A DNA stretch of 64,000 nucleotides from Candidatus Adlerbacteria bacterium (GTDB lineage: Bacteria; Patescibacteriota; Minisyncoccia; Phycocordibacterales; SBAW01). Where the stretch lies: assembly GCA_903851045.1 (NCBI GenBank), contig CAINNF010000010.1, forward strand, positions 1,258 to 65,257, given 5' to 3'. The notes under the pieces are model-generated. The model saw only the letters and a program-made list of their open reading frames with translations, was not told the DNA's origin and searched no databases. Both the position numbers and the translations under genes were made by a program. Of this stretch, positions 1 through 12,025 are shown in pieces. The first letter of the stretch is position 1, and every line of letters starts with the position of its first letter.

Positions 1-147
1 GATCTGTTCCTGCGAGTGCTCGAGGTGTATGGGGAGAGGTGCTCCAAAGAAAAGTACGATCCTGCAGACATTGTGCCGCAGGAGATGTTTCTTCTCGCAA
101 ATCTTATTGCGGCGAACTTCGAAGCGTACGCTGAGGAGCTCGCATAA
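1..147 (+). CDS. 3' end of hypothetical protein (partial)
   Basis: Frame 1 is open from the window edge (DLFLRVLEVY...AEELA) to TAA at 145-147 and is followed by a terminator-like hairpin. Confidence 0.55.
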   Translation, partial: DLFLRVLEVYGERCSKEKYDPADIVPQEMFLLANLIAANFEAYAEELA

Positions 148-164
148 CCAAACCCGCCACACTA

Positions 165-212
165 CAGAACCGCCCACCGGGGCTTAACTGAGGTGTGGCG
201 GATTCTGTTTTA
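165..212 (+). terminator. Intrinsic terminator-like hairpin
   Basis: Imperfect stem CAGAACCGCCCACC...GGTGTGGCGGATTCTG followed by TTTT. Confidence 0.55.
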
Positions 213-291
213 TGTTCGACTCTTCACGCTTCCCATCGAACAAAAGACCGCATGCGCCGGGTCACGTGAGGGTCTTGCGTTCTATCTTGTA

Positions 292-876
292 TCACTGCGG
301 TATCGACCACTGCGAAGCGTTCGATATGACCGCATCGGCTATCTGCATATGTACATGGGCTTTTGCTTGCGCTTTTATGGAGATGAGCGCGACTGATGCC
401 GCTGTCACACGGAGCTTGACGAGGATCGGGGCAAGCGCCACTTGCAGATTTGCTGAACCAAGAGAACTCGTATCCGCAATCTGATGTTCTTGCGTATGCA
501 AGAGGTCATACAGACCACTCGCGATACTCGCAGCTTCTGCCGCACTACCAGCCTGCTGAAGCCTATCGACGACTCCGGTCATATTCGTGACATGTTCTTG
601 GATCGCGTTCGTCGTCGCTGTCTGCACTTTAGTGTCTAGACGACCATGGAGCGCGAGCGTTCGGGCCTCCTGCAGACGTTCAGTAAGTGTCAACAGGTCC
701 CACCGCGCACGCGCTTCGTCGGTGTTCGCGACGAATTTTTCGACCTGCTCGTTCACCGACACCTTGTACAGGTACAGCACATCACCCGGCAGAGCCGAGT
801 TCGCTTCATAGGATAGGGAGCCACCGATCGTCCCCAGAAGGACGACCAGGATGGTAAGGTACGCCATGTACCACAT
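292..876 (-). CDS. DUF5667-like membrane-anchored helical protein
   Basis: N-terminal TM segment plus ALPGDxLYxxKxxxNE motif typical of CPR DUF5667 proteins. Confidence 0.7.
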   Translation of the reverse strand: MWYMAYLTILVVLLGTIGGSLSYEANSALPGDVLYLYKVSVNEQVEKFVANTDEARARWDLLTLTERLQEARTLALHGRLDTKVQTATTNAIQEHVTNMTGVVDRLQQAGSAAEAASIASGLYDLLHTQEHQIADTSSLGSANLQVALAPILVKLRVTAASVALISIKAQAKAHVHMQIADAVISNASQWSIPQ

Positions 877-915
877 ATTCTACACTAGTTTTTTCGCTGA
901 CAAGTTGGTATAGTC

Positions 916-1707
916 ATGGTGTCTATGAAAGAATCCGGGCTACACATATCGCTCGCGGCCGAGCGTCTGGGGACACTGTGGGGTATTCCCATCACCAACA
1001 CGCTCGTCGCCGAATGGACGGTCATGATACTTCTGATGGTGACCGCTTTTTTTGTTGGGCGAAACCCGCGCCTCATCCCCGGCAAGGTGCAAAACTTCTT
1101 CGAACTCTTGTTGGAGTTCGTACTTAACTACATGGAGCAGATATTCGGTAGCCGCGCGCTGGCGATACGCTTCTTCCCGCTCGTCGTCACTATTTTTATC
1201 TTCGTCGCGTGCGCGAACCTGTTCGACTTCCTCCCGTTCGTCGGTAGCGTCGGCTTCACCACCACTGGCGGGGGATTCATTCCGCTCTTCCGTCCGGTCA
1301 ACACCGACCTTAACGTTACGCTGGCGCTCGCCATCATCTCCGTGCTCTCTATCGAAATCAGTGGCATCGTGGTCGTCGGCTTCTTCAAGTACGCGTCGAA
1401 GTTCATCAACTTCTCCTCGCCGCTCAACTTTGTGGTCGGCATCATCGAGCTGGTGTCCGAACTCTCACGCTTTATTTCCTTCTCCTTCCGTCTCTTCGGT
1501 AACATCTTCGCAGGCGAAGTCTTGCTCGCAGTCGCGGGATACTTCTTGCCCTACGTGCTTCCAGTGCCCATCATGATGTTCGAGACCTTCGTTGGCATCG
1601 TCCAAGGTGCTGTTTTCGCTATGCTCACCCTCTTCTTTATCAAACTCGCCATCGTCGAACCTCACTCGGCTGGTGGCCACAAGCACGAACCCGAAGCCGC
1701 ACACTAA
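916..1707 (+). CDS. atpB: F0 ATP synthase subunit a
   Basis: SFRLFGNIFAGE (essential Arg) and QGAVFAMLT motifs; multiple TM helices; start may be 925. Confidence 0.97.
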   Translation: MVSMKESGLHISLAAERLGTLWGIPITNTLVAEWTVMILLMVTAFFVGRNPRLIPGKVQNFFELLLEFVLNYMEQIFGSRALAIRFFPLVVTIFIFVACANLFDFLPFVGSVGFTTTGGGFIPLFRPVNTDLNVTLALAIISVLSIEISGIVVVGFFKYASKFINFSSPLNFVVGIIELVSELSRFISFSFRLFGNIFAGEVLLAVAGYFLPYVLPVPIMMFETFVGIVQGAVFAMLTLFFIKLAIVEPHSAGGHKHEPEAAH

Positions 1708-1736
1708 TTGACACAAGCTTCTTTATACTATATAAA
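1708..1736 (+). promoter_or_regulatory. Sigma70-type promoter of the inserted ORF
   Basis: TTGACA-17 nt-TATAAA; AGGAGGT SD at 1781-1787. Confidence 0.6.
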
Positions 1737-1792
1737 AGCACCAGCTAGTAACCCATGTCGGGTTTCAGCGCAATGAGCAGAGGAGGTCGAAA

Positions 1793-2236
1793 ATGGAGGC
1801 CCTGGTTATCTTCATAACTACTATGGTACTATGCCCCGCGATTGTAGTTACGGGTCAAAATTTTTTGCTGGTTGCTAAGGGTATCTTCAACTCGTTTATG
1901 TCGCCGGGGAATGCGGCATATGTGGTGTATCGCAACGTGTCTTCTGGTACGTCAAAAATTGTAGTGATGCGATACCAAGTCAATTCCAAGCACAATGCTT
2001 CGGTCGATTGCGACGAAGTCGCCGAAGCCGCTCGTTGGGTCAAGGATGACGCCAAGACTCTTGCGTCACTGAAAAAGCGTTCACTGAATCACGGCCTCAA
2101 CTTCGGACCCCCCAGCAAGCGCAGCATCACCTGGGACAGTGCTGCAGACCGAAATTCTGTCCAGAATCCCGTTCTGCGCTCGCCCCTCACCGAGGCTGAG
2201 CAGGCGGAGTTCTGGCGAATATTCACTACCGCTTGA
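1793..2236 (+). CDS. Hypothetical protein with N-terminal TM, inserted in the atp operon
   Basis: 147-aa ORF with strong SD, own promoter and terminator. Confidence 0.7.
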   Translation: MEALVIFITTMVLCPAIVVTGQNFLLVAKGIFNSFMSPGNAAYVVYRNVSSGTSKIVVMRYQVNSKHNASVDCDEVAEAARWVKDDAKTLASLKKRSLNHGLNFGPPSKRSITWDSAADRNSVQNPVLRSPLTEAEQAEFWRIFTTA

Positions 2237-2278
2237 TTGGCTGTAGCTCGAACAGTCACGAATAGTCCGCACCCCATG

Positions 2279-2313
2279 CCGCACACAACAAAGACGTTGT
2301 GTGCGGTCTTTTC
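2279..2313 (+). terminator. Intrinsic terminator
   Basis: CCGCACACAAC-6 nt-GTTGTGTGCGG followed by TCTTTT. Confidence 0.75.
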
Positions 2314-2398
2314 TATACAATCAAAGGTAAGCGCCGCCCAGTGGTCTATGTCGGGTGTTTGTGTTAAAGTGTAGTCATTATTCTTATTGATAGGCTAG

Positions 2399-2638
<240 letters not shown>

Positions 2639-2654
2639 ATCCAACTTCTTCTGT

Positions 2655-3101
2655 ATGAACGCACTCCTCGCAGCATTCGGCATCGATTGGCGGCTTCTGC
2701 TGATCAATCTTCTCAACTTCGGGATCCTTCTCGCGGTACTTTGGTATTTTCTGTACACACCGCTAACAAAGATGCTTGAGGCGCGCCGACAGCGCGTCAT
2801 CGAGGGTGTCGAACGTGCCAACGAGGCCGACCGAAAGCTTGTCGAGATAGAAGAGTCGCGCGCCGACTTGCTCGCGCGGGCAGGCAAGGAAGCTGAGGAT
2901 GTCGTTGCGACCGCGCGCACAGCGGCACTGCAAAAGCAGCAGGAGATCATCGCGCAAGGCGAGACGGGGGCCGCGAACATCCTCTCGGACGCGCAGGCAC
3001 AGGCGGCAGAACTCAAGCGCGAGGCGCTGGCGCAGAGTAAACAGGAGGTCGCGAAGCTTATCGTGCTCGGTATGGACCGATTGGCCGAAAAACGAACATG
3101 A
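2655..3101 (+). CDS. atpF: F0 subunit b
   Basis: N-terminal TM (NFGILL..LY.PL) plus coiled coil; ATG at 2655. Confidence 0.95.
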   Translation: MNALLAAFGIDWRLLLINLLNFGILLAVLWYFLYTPLTKMLEARRQRVIEGVERANEADRKLVEIEESRADLLARAGKEAEDVVATARTAALQKQQEIIAQGETGAANILSDAQAQAAELKREALAQSKQEVAKLIVLGMDRLAEKRT

Positions 3102-3355
3102 CCATCGAAGCCCAATACGCCGCCGCACTGCACGCACTCATAGAGAAGGAACCGGCGAAAGCGGGTGAGTATCTTTCGAGTCTCAAAAAAACACTTGAAC
3201 GTAAGGGCCACCAAAAACTACTCGGTCGGATCTTCGCCGAGTACCGGCGTGACATCGAGAAAAAGAAGCGGTTCGATAGCTATAGAGAGATTACTCCCGA
3301 ACACGAACGAACGCGGACACTTCTGGAGCTCTATCGGACACTCATAACATCGTAA
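3098..3355 (+). CDS. atpH: Truncated F1 subunit delta-like protein
   Basis: Lies between atpF and atpA; YA.AL N-terminal motif; only 85 aa. Confidence 0.6.
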   Translation: MTIEAQYAAALHALIEKEPAKAGEYLSSLKKTLERKGHQKLLGRIFAEYRRDIEKKKRFDSYREITPEHERTRTLLELYRTLITS

Positions 3356-3360
3356 CTTGT

Positions 3361-4920
3361 ATGCAAAACTTCATCGAACAATTTAAAAAAGAGATAGAGA
3401 CCTTCACTCCCACTCCTCGTGCCACGAACACGGGTTTGGTCATGCGCGTGGGCGACGGCGTGGCCGAGATAGAAGGGCTCGAGGGGGCGGTGATGTCCGA
3501 GATGGTGCGCTTTGTGACCGCGGGCAAGAAACCGCTTGAAAAGGCGATCGAGACGACCGACGTGTTCGGTGTCGTACTTAACCTCGAAGAGGAGTCGGTG
3601 CGTGCCATCATCCTCGGCGACGCCTCACAGGTGAGCGAAGGCATGACGGTCGAGTCGACCGGGCAAGTGCTCTCTATCCCCGTCGGGGATGGACTTCTTG
3701 GGCGCGTGGTAAGTCCTTTGGGAGAACCCCTCGACGGGCTCGGGGCGATTGCAAGCAATCGGCGAAACCCTATCGAGCGCGAAGCATATGGTGTTATGGA
3801 TCGCCAGTCGGTGAACCAGCCGTTGCATACCGGCATCAAGGCTATCGACTCGATGATCCCAATCGGCCGCGGCCAACGCGAGCTCATCATCGGCGACCGC
3901 TACACCGGCAAGACGACCGTGGCGATGGACACCATCCTCAACCAGAAGTCCGAGCCGAAGGAGTCACGCCCTATTTGTATATATGTGTCGATCGGTCAGA
4001 AGGAGTCAAAGACAGCGCGTCTTGTGGGACTCTTGCGTGAGCGCGGTGCGCTCGAGTACTCGATCATCGTCGATGCAGGCGCTTCGGCTCCGGCGGCACT
4101 CCAATATCTTGCTCCATTCGCAGGCGCGGCTATCGGCGAGTTCTTTATGGACTCTGGTCGCGATGCGCTCATCATCTACGACGACCTCTCCAAGCACGCG
4201 GTCGCGTATCGTCAGCTCTCGCTCCTCCTGCGCCGCCCACCGGGCCGCGAGGCATACCCAGGCGACGTCTTCTACCTACACTCTCGCTTGCTCGAGCGCG
4301 CGGCGAAGCTGTCGAAGGAGAAGGGTGGCGGCTCGCTCACCGCGCTCCCGGTTATTGAGACGCAAGAAGGCGATGTCTCTGGCTACATCCCGACCAACGT
4401 CATCTCCATCACCGATGGTCAGATCTTCCTCGAAACCGACCTCTTCAACAAAGGTATGCGCCCTGCCATCAATGCTGGCATCTCGGTGTCGCGCGTGGGT
4501 TCCGCTGCCCAGACCAAGGCGATGAAGCGCGTTTCGGGCAAGATCAAACTCGAACTCGCACAATTCCGCGAACTTGAGGCCTTTATGCAGTTCTCCCAAG
4601 ACCTCGACCCGGACACCAAGCGCCGCATCGACGCGGGCCAGCGACTTATGGCGGTACTCAAGCAGAAGAATGGTCTGCCGATACCGTTCGAGCGGCAGTC
4701 GGTCATCATCTACTCGGCGGTCAACGGCTATCTTGCGAAAGTTTCCGTCGAGCAGGTACCAGAGTTCGAAGAGAAGCTGCTCGGATTCCTCGACACCAAT
4801 TACAAAGACTTGCTTCCGACCATCGCAAAATCACGCGAGATTAGCGAGTCGTCCGAGACGACGCTGAAGGAGGCGCTCGCGAAGTTCCAGGAGGTGCAGC
4901 GCGACTTGTTCGCTCAATAA
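3361..4920 (+). CDS. atpA: F1 subunit alpha
   Basis: GDRYTGKT Walker A; PPGREAYPGDVFYLHSRLLER. Confidence 0.99.
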   Translation: MQNFIEQFKKEIETFTPTPRATNTGLVMRVGDGVAEIEGLEGAVMSEMVRFVTAGKKPLEKAIETTDVFGVVLNLEEESVRAIILGDASQVSEGMTVESTGQVLSIPVGDGLLGRVVSPLGEPLDGLGAIASNRRNPIEREAYGVMDRQSVNQPLHTGIKAIDSMIPIGRGQRELIIGDRYTGKTTVAMDTILNQKSEPKESRPICIYVSIGQKESKTARLVGLLRERGALEYSIIVDAGASAPAALQYLAPFAGAAIGEFFMDSGRDALIIYDDLSKHAVAYRQLSLLLRRPPGREAYPGDVFYLHSRLLERAAKLSKEKGGGSLTALPVIETQEGDVSGYIPTNVISITDGQIFLETDLFNKGMRPAINAGISVSRVGSAAQTKAMKRVSGKIKLELAQFRELEAFMQFSQDLDPDTKRRIDAGQRLMAVLKQKNGLPIPFERQSVIIYSAVNGYLAKVSVEQVPEFEEKLLGFLDTNYKDLLPTIAKSREISESSETTLKEALAKFQEVQRDLFAQ

Positions 4921-4923
4921 TCT

Positions 4924-7591
<2,668 letters not shown>

Positions 7592-7660
7592 ACTTGTAAC
7601 CTTGTTTTTTGTCCGCGACTCCTGTACAACCGAGAGACGCTTTTTTGCGTTATACAGTAT

Positions 7661-8410
7661 ATGCAGCCACTCATTCTCGCCGCAGGCAAGGGCACTCGTA
7701 TGCGTTCGACACTACCGAAGGCTCTCTTTAAGATCGAGGGTACACCGATGGTCGGTCTGATCGCCGACACTATCGCACAAGTGCCCGACTTACAGCAACC
7801 GATCATCGTGGTCGGATATGGGGCAGAGGACATCAAAGAATATTTCGGACACTCCTGCCGGTACGCACATCAAACCGAACTCAGCGGCACTGGCTCTGCG
7901 GTCGCCGCGGCGCTCCCGCTCCTACCGAAGGAGGGATATGTCTTCATCTTGTACGGCGACCAACCGTTTTTGACGCCTGAAACACTCGAATCGATCGTCA
8001 CCATATGCACCACACATCGACCAACGCTCGTGCAGTCGACCGTTCTGCTTTCCGATTTCGACGACTGGCGCTCGGTGTTCCTGCACTATGGCCGCATCGT
8101 TCGCGACAGCACCGGGAGGATACATCGTCTCGTGGAATATAAGAACGCCACTGACGACGAGCGCCTGATCACCGAGGTCAACCCAGGACTCATCGCTGTC
8201 GAAGCGAGTTGGCTGCACGAAGCGATACATCAGATCACCCCCAACGAGATCAGCGGAGAATATTATCTCACCGACCTACTCGCGCTCGCTCGACACCAAG
8301 GCAAAAGGGTCGAGTCCGTGAGCATCGGCGAGACCGAAGCGTTGGGTATAAACTCACCCGAGGACGCAGAACACGCACTTCGCGTCGTTTCAAACAATCG
8401 CGCTTTGTAG
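7661..8410 (+). CDS. glmU: GlmU-like uridyltransferase (N-terminal domain only)
   Basis: ILAAGKGTRMRS.LPK, YGDQP, YGRIVR and EYYLTD motifs; no hexapeptide-repeat domain. Confidence 0.85.
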   Translation: MQPLILAAGKGTRMRSTLPKALFKIEGTPMVGLIADTIAQVPDLQQPIIVVGYGAEDIKEYFGHSCRYAHQTELSGTGSAVAAALPLLPKEGYVFILYGDQPFLTPETLESIVTICTTHRPTLVQSTVLLSDFDDWRSVFLHYGRIVRDSTGRIHRLVEYKNATDDERLITEVNPGLIAVEASWLHEAIHQITPNEISGEYYLTDLLALARHQGKRVESVSIGETEALGINSPEDAEHALRVVSNNRAL

Positions 8411-8432
8411 TATATTTCTGAAGTGCCCCCAA

Positions 8433-8503
8433 GGGCCCATAGTTCAGCGGTAGAACGCGTCCATGGCATGGACGAGGTCGGGGTCCGACTCCCCGTGGGT
8501 CCA
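8433..8503 (+). tRNA. tRNA-Ala(GGC)
   Basis: Cloverleaf with G3:U70 and loop ATGGCAT; variant T-loop TCCGACT; CCA not encoded. Confidence 0.93.
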
Positions 8504-8513
8504 CTAATTTAAG

Positions 8514-8609
8514 GAGCGAAGCGACTATAAGTTAGTAGCACTCGACAGTGCGACGAGGCGTCGGATGCCGTGCGTAGCAACGGCGCCACGAAAAAACATG
8601 AGCGAAGCG
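8514..8609. repeat. REP-like mini-hairpin cluster downstream of tRNA-Ala
   Basis: GAGCGAAGCG at 8514 and 8600 flanking the hairpin GCCGTGCGTAGCAACGGC. Confidence 0.45.
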
Positions 8610-8637
8610 TCCATATTTTATATGGTACACTTTTAGC

Positions 8638-9663
8638 ATGTCGGTTCCGCTCGAGATAGTCGACCTTTTGTTCTTTTGTATACAGCAATTCGGTATCTTG
8701 CTGGGTGTCGGTGGAGAGGTGGTAGTGCTCGTATCATATCTACTCGCTATTCGCGACCACACGATCGATGCTGCGGAGGTCGGTTCTTTTCGAAAAGTGC
8801 GCGGTGCGGTGAATCTCGGCCTCGGGTGTATCGCTATCTCTGGACTGGGCATTACCGCGATCCATGGCATAAGTGCACAAATGGATATCCTCGCGCAGCC
8901 AGCATATATCAGCAAATGGCTTCTTGTCTGTATGATATTTGGCCTTGCTTTCTATACTAAAAGGCTCGAACTGTCGAAGGGCATAGCTGAGGGTGTCGTG
9001 GGCGCGATATGGCTCGCCATGCTTGTGCTACACATAACGGCCCCGATTATAACCTGGGGCTTGCTTGGAGCTCTCTTCGGTGCATGGATACTCGTCTTTA
9101 TGACCATCTGGGTCGGTGTCGTGTACGCGATTGGCGGCAAAGAGGCACTGTGGACACCCAGAGTGCCGTCAGCGGTTCAGCAAGAGGAACCGGAGACACC
9201 GACAGAGCCAACACCATCACACACGCCGATTCTTGCAACACTGGCGCCAAGTCCACGACCATCGACTCCGGCAACCCCGCCACCAACACTACCGATAGCA
9301 AAGATACAACCATATGTACCGGTGGCACCACCTCCACCTAAAAACACAGAGGTTGCGGCGCCGCAGAAAGAACGACCGAAGCAGATCCAGTCCTTGTCCG
9401 AACTCTCTTTGCAGGACGAAGAATTTCCGTATAAAAAGACGGTCATCGACCGAACCGAGGTCCTCCACCCTCACCTCACCGGAGAAGGCGAGGCCGCCAA
9501 AGTATTACCACCACCGCCACCACCACCAAGCACCGACGTCACACCAAGTTCGCAACCAACCAAGGAATCGGATACGACCAGTTTACCCGCATTACATATC
9601 ATGCCACAGTCACCGGAAGATCTTGGTACACAGTATCGCGGGCCTGTTGCGAAATATGGCTAA
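8638..9663 (+). CDS. Membrane protein with Pro-rich C-terminal tail
   Basis: About 5 TM segments followed by a P/T-rich low-complexity region. Confidence 0.8.
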   Translation: MSVPLEIVDLLFFCIQQFGILLGVGGEVVVLVSYLLAIRDHTIDAAEVGSFRKVRGAVNLGLGCIAISGLGITAIHGISAQMDILAQPAYISKWLLVCMIFGLAFYTKRLELSKGIAEGVVGAIWLAMLVLHITAPIITWGLLGALFGAWILVFMTIWVGVVYAIGGKEALWTPRVPSAVQQEEPETPTEPTPSHTPILATLAPSPRPSTPATPPPTLPIAKIQPYVPVAPPPPKNTEVAAPQKERPKQIQSLSELSLQDEEFPYKKTVIDRTEVLHPHLTGEGEAAKVLPPPPPPPSTDVTPSSQPTKESDTTSLPALHIMPQSPEDLGTQYRGPVAKYG

Positions 9664-9690
9664 CATAATTTCGATGTTATAGTTTGAGAC

Positions 9691-10305
9691 ATGAGTTTCT
9701 TTTCGGAGAGAAGACAAAAAAAGATCGTATTGCTCCTCGGTCATCCGGATGTCGAGGCGACGCATTCGAGCGAACTAGCTCTGCTGTATGAAGTGTCCGC
9801 AAAAAAGGCCGGCCACGAGGTAAAGCGATTCAATCTCGCAGAGATGCACTTTGACCCCATCCTTCATCGGGGGTATCGAAAGCGACAAGACCTCGAACCC
9901 GACCTTGTCGCACTCCAGGACGCTATCCGGTGGTGCGACCATTTCGTACTGATCTATCCGACCTGGTGGTGTTCATTGCCCGCACTCCTCAAAGGACTGT
10001 TCGACCGCATGTGGCTTGCCGGCTTTGCTTTCAAATTCTATAAGACCGGGTGGCGAGCGGCGCTCAGCCAGCACGAGAAACTGCTTGCAGGAAAGACCGC
10101 TCGGGTGATAACACTGTCTGCCGTCCAGCCGGTACTATTGCAGCTTTTCCAAAGCAACCATACGGCCGTCATCAAAAAAAGTATCTTGAGTTTCGCTGGT
10201 TTTCGAACCAGCATCACACGCTTCGGCCCGTCGCTCAAGGCCCCGGAGTGGAAGTGGAGCGAGTGGCGCCACCACGTCGCCCACCTTGGCCGACTTGGGG
10301 AGTAG
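9691..10305 (+). CDS. Flavodoxin-fold NAD(P)H oxidoreductase (quinone reductase family)
   Basis: LGHP and YPTWWCSLPALLKGLFDR motifs. Confidence 0.9.
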   Translation: MSFFSERRQKKIVLLLGHPDVEATHSSELALLYEVSAKKAGHEVKRFNLAEMHFDPILHRGYRKRQDLEPDLVALQDAIRWCDHFVLIYPTWWCSLPALLKGLFDRMWLAGFAFKFYKTGWRAALSQHEKLLAGKTARVITLSAVQPVLLQLFQSNHTAVIKKSILSFAGFRTSITRFGPSLKAPEWKWSEWRHHVAHLGRLGE

Positions 10306-10315
10306 ACTGTATGTA

Positions 10316-10345
10316 AAAGCGCCGTCCATTGCTGGGCAGCGCTTT
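10316..10345. terminator. Bidirectional terminator-like hairpin
   Basis: AAAGCGC...GCGCTTT between convergent genes. Confidence 0.55.
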
Positions 10346-10362
10346 GAACACATACCTTTTGC

Positions 10363-10743
10363 TTACAGTTTTGGCGTCATATGATACTTGAGCAAAAATG
10401 TGGATGTTGGATACTTTTGTGCGATCACTGAGAGGTTCGCTTCAAGATCCGCGAGAACTTCCTCGAGCAAGCTTCGCGTTTCCTCCTCCCACACCCATAT
10501 CTCGCCAGAGATGGTGACTATACCATCCGAGGTCGAGATAAAAATATTTTGCGCTTCGCAAGGGAGATTGGTGAGATGGTTGAGTGGGGCGATCATCCTA
10601 CTGGTAAGGTTGTAGAAACCGAACGCCTCAACGGATACTTTTTCGCCATCGTAGAAAATCGTAAATTCTGTATGAGAATCTCTATCCGGCGTGTCGATTC
10701 CATCAGGATAGTCACTCGGCCTTTTGAACACAATCTTAATCAT
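10363..10743 (-). CDS. Hypothetical protein
   Basis: ORF with GGGAGAG SD before ATG at 10743 and an upstream TTGACC-17-TATGGT promoter. Confidence 0.6.
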   Translation of the reverse strand: MIKIVFKRPSDYPDGIDTPDRDSHTEFTIFYDGEKVSVEAFGFYNLTSRMIAPLNHLTNLPCEAQNIFISTSDGIVTISGEIWVWEEETRSLLEEVLADLEANLSVIAQKYPTSTFLLKYHMTPKL

Positions 10744-10849
10744 TTCACTCTCCCGTTTGAGCAGCTTAAAGTACCATAACAGCATTATACTAAATGGTCA
10801 AGCGTTCTGTATTTTCTTTTATGCTAAATATGTCGTATGGTAAAGACCT

Positions 10850-11950
10850 ATGGAAATATCAGTCGGCATTGTGGGGCTACCGAACGTGGGGAAGTCCACG
10901 CTTTTTAACGCTTTGACCAACAAGAGTGTGTTGGCGGCGAATTATCCGTTCGCGACCATCGACCCGTCGGTCGGTGTCGTCTCTGTGCCGGACGCGCGCG
11001 TCGACAAACTTGCCGAGTTTTCGCAATCTGCCAAGAAAATTCCGGCCGCGATCGAGTTCGTCGACATCGCGGGCCTCGTCAAAGGGGCAAGCGAGGGTGA
11101 AGGGTTGGGTAACAAATTCCTCTCCCACATCCGCGAAGTCAGCGCTATAGCCCAAGTGGTGCGCGTGTTCGACAACCCGAGCATCCTCCACGTCGATGAA
11201 AAGGTCGACCCGGTGAGCGACATCGAGACGATCAATCTCGAGCTCGTGCTCGCCGATGTCGAGACAGTAGAGAAACGCCATGGGACGCTCGAGCGTGACA
11301 TCAAACGAGGCGTCAAAGAGGCGCAGGTCGAATTCGCCGCGATCGAAAAGGCTCATGAGGTGTTACTCGCGGGCCAACTCGCCCAAACCGCTCAGTTCAC
11401 TCCAGAGGAGCGGGCCGCGATCAAGGGTCTCCACTTGCTCACCATGAAGCCGATGCTCTATGTGCTCAACCGCGAGTCCGGCGGCCATAACCTCGACGAG
11501 GTCACCGACGGCCGGTGGACGAAGCTGATGGAGTATATCGAAAAGAACGACGCCTCCTACGTGGTCGTCGATGCCAATGTCGAAAGTGACCTGCGTGAGC
11601 TGGCAGCAGAGGACAAAGAGTCCTTCCGCCGCGAATACGGTGTCTTTGACGACGGCGTCAACGACCTCATTCGTGCCGGCTACAAGCTCCTCAGTCTCAT
11701 CAGCTTCTTCACCACCGGTGCCGACGAGACCCGCGCATGGACGATAACCAACGGCTCGACCGCACCTATCGCCGGAGCCGCTATCCACACCGACTTTAAA
11801 GATAAGTTCATTCGTGCCGAAGTCATCGAATGGAATAAGCTGCTGGAGGCGGGCTCCTACGCCAAAGCGCGTGAGCAGGGCTTGGTACGAACCGAAGGGA
11901 AGGAGTATGTCGTCAAAGATGGCGACGTTATGGAGTTCTTGCACGGCTAA
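10850..11950 (+). CDS. ychF: Redox-regulated ATPase YchF
   Basis: GIVGLPNVGKSTLFN, DIAGLVKGAS.GEGLGN and EGKEYVVKDGD motifs. Confidence 0.98.
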   Translation: MEISVGIVGLPNVGKSTLFNALTNKSVLAANYPFATIDPSVGVVSVPDARVDKLAEFSQSAKKIPAAIEFVDIAGLVKGASEGEGLGNKFLSHIREVSAIAQVVRVFDNPSILHVDEKVDPVSDIETINLELVLADVETVEKRHGTLERDIKRGVKEAQVEFAAIEKAHEVLLAGQLAQTAQFTPEERAAIKGLHLLTMKPMLYVLNRESGGHNLDEVTDGRWTKLMEYIEKNDASYVVVDANVESDLRELAAEDKESFRREYGVFDDGVNDLIRAGYKLLSLISFFTTGADETRAWTITNGSTAPIAGAAIHTDFKDKFIRAEVIEWNKLLEAGSYAKAREQGLVRTEGKEYVVKDGDVMEFLHG

Positions 11951-12025
11951 GAGTTACATTCCTAATTTCTACAAGTGTGGTATGCTATACCACATATTTA
12001 GTAGTAGGTAATCGGCACCACACAT

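Noticed and set aside
8536-8562. CIRCE element
   Set aside because: Only the half-site TAGCACTC is present, and it is not upstream of chaperone genes; none is seen before grpE either.
9180-9560. DNA repeat array in the Pro-rich region
   Set aside because: CCA/CCG runs are explained by a low-complexity protein tail.
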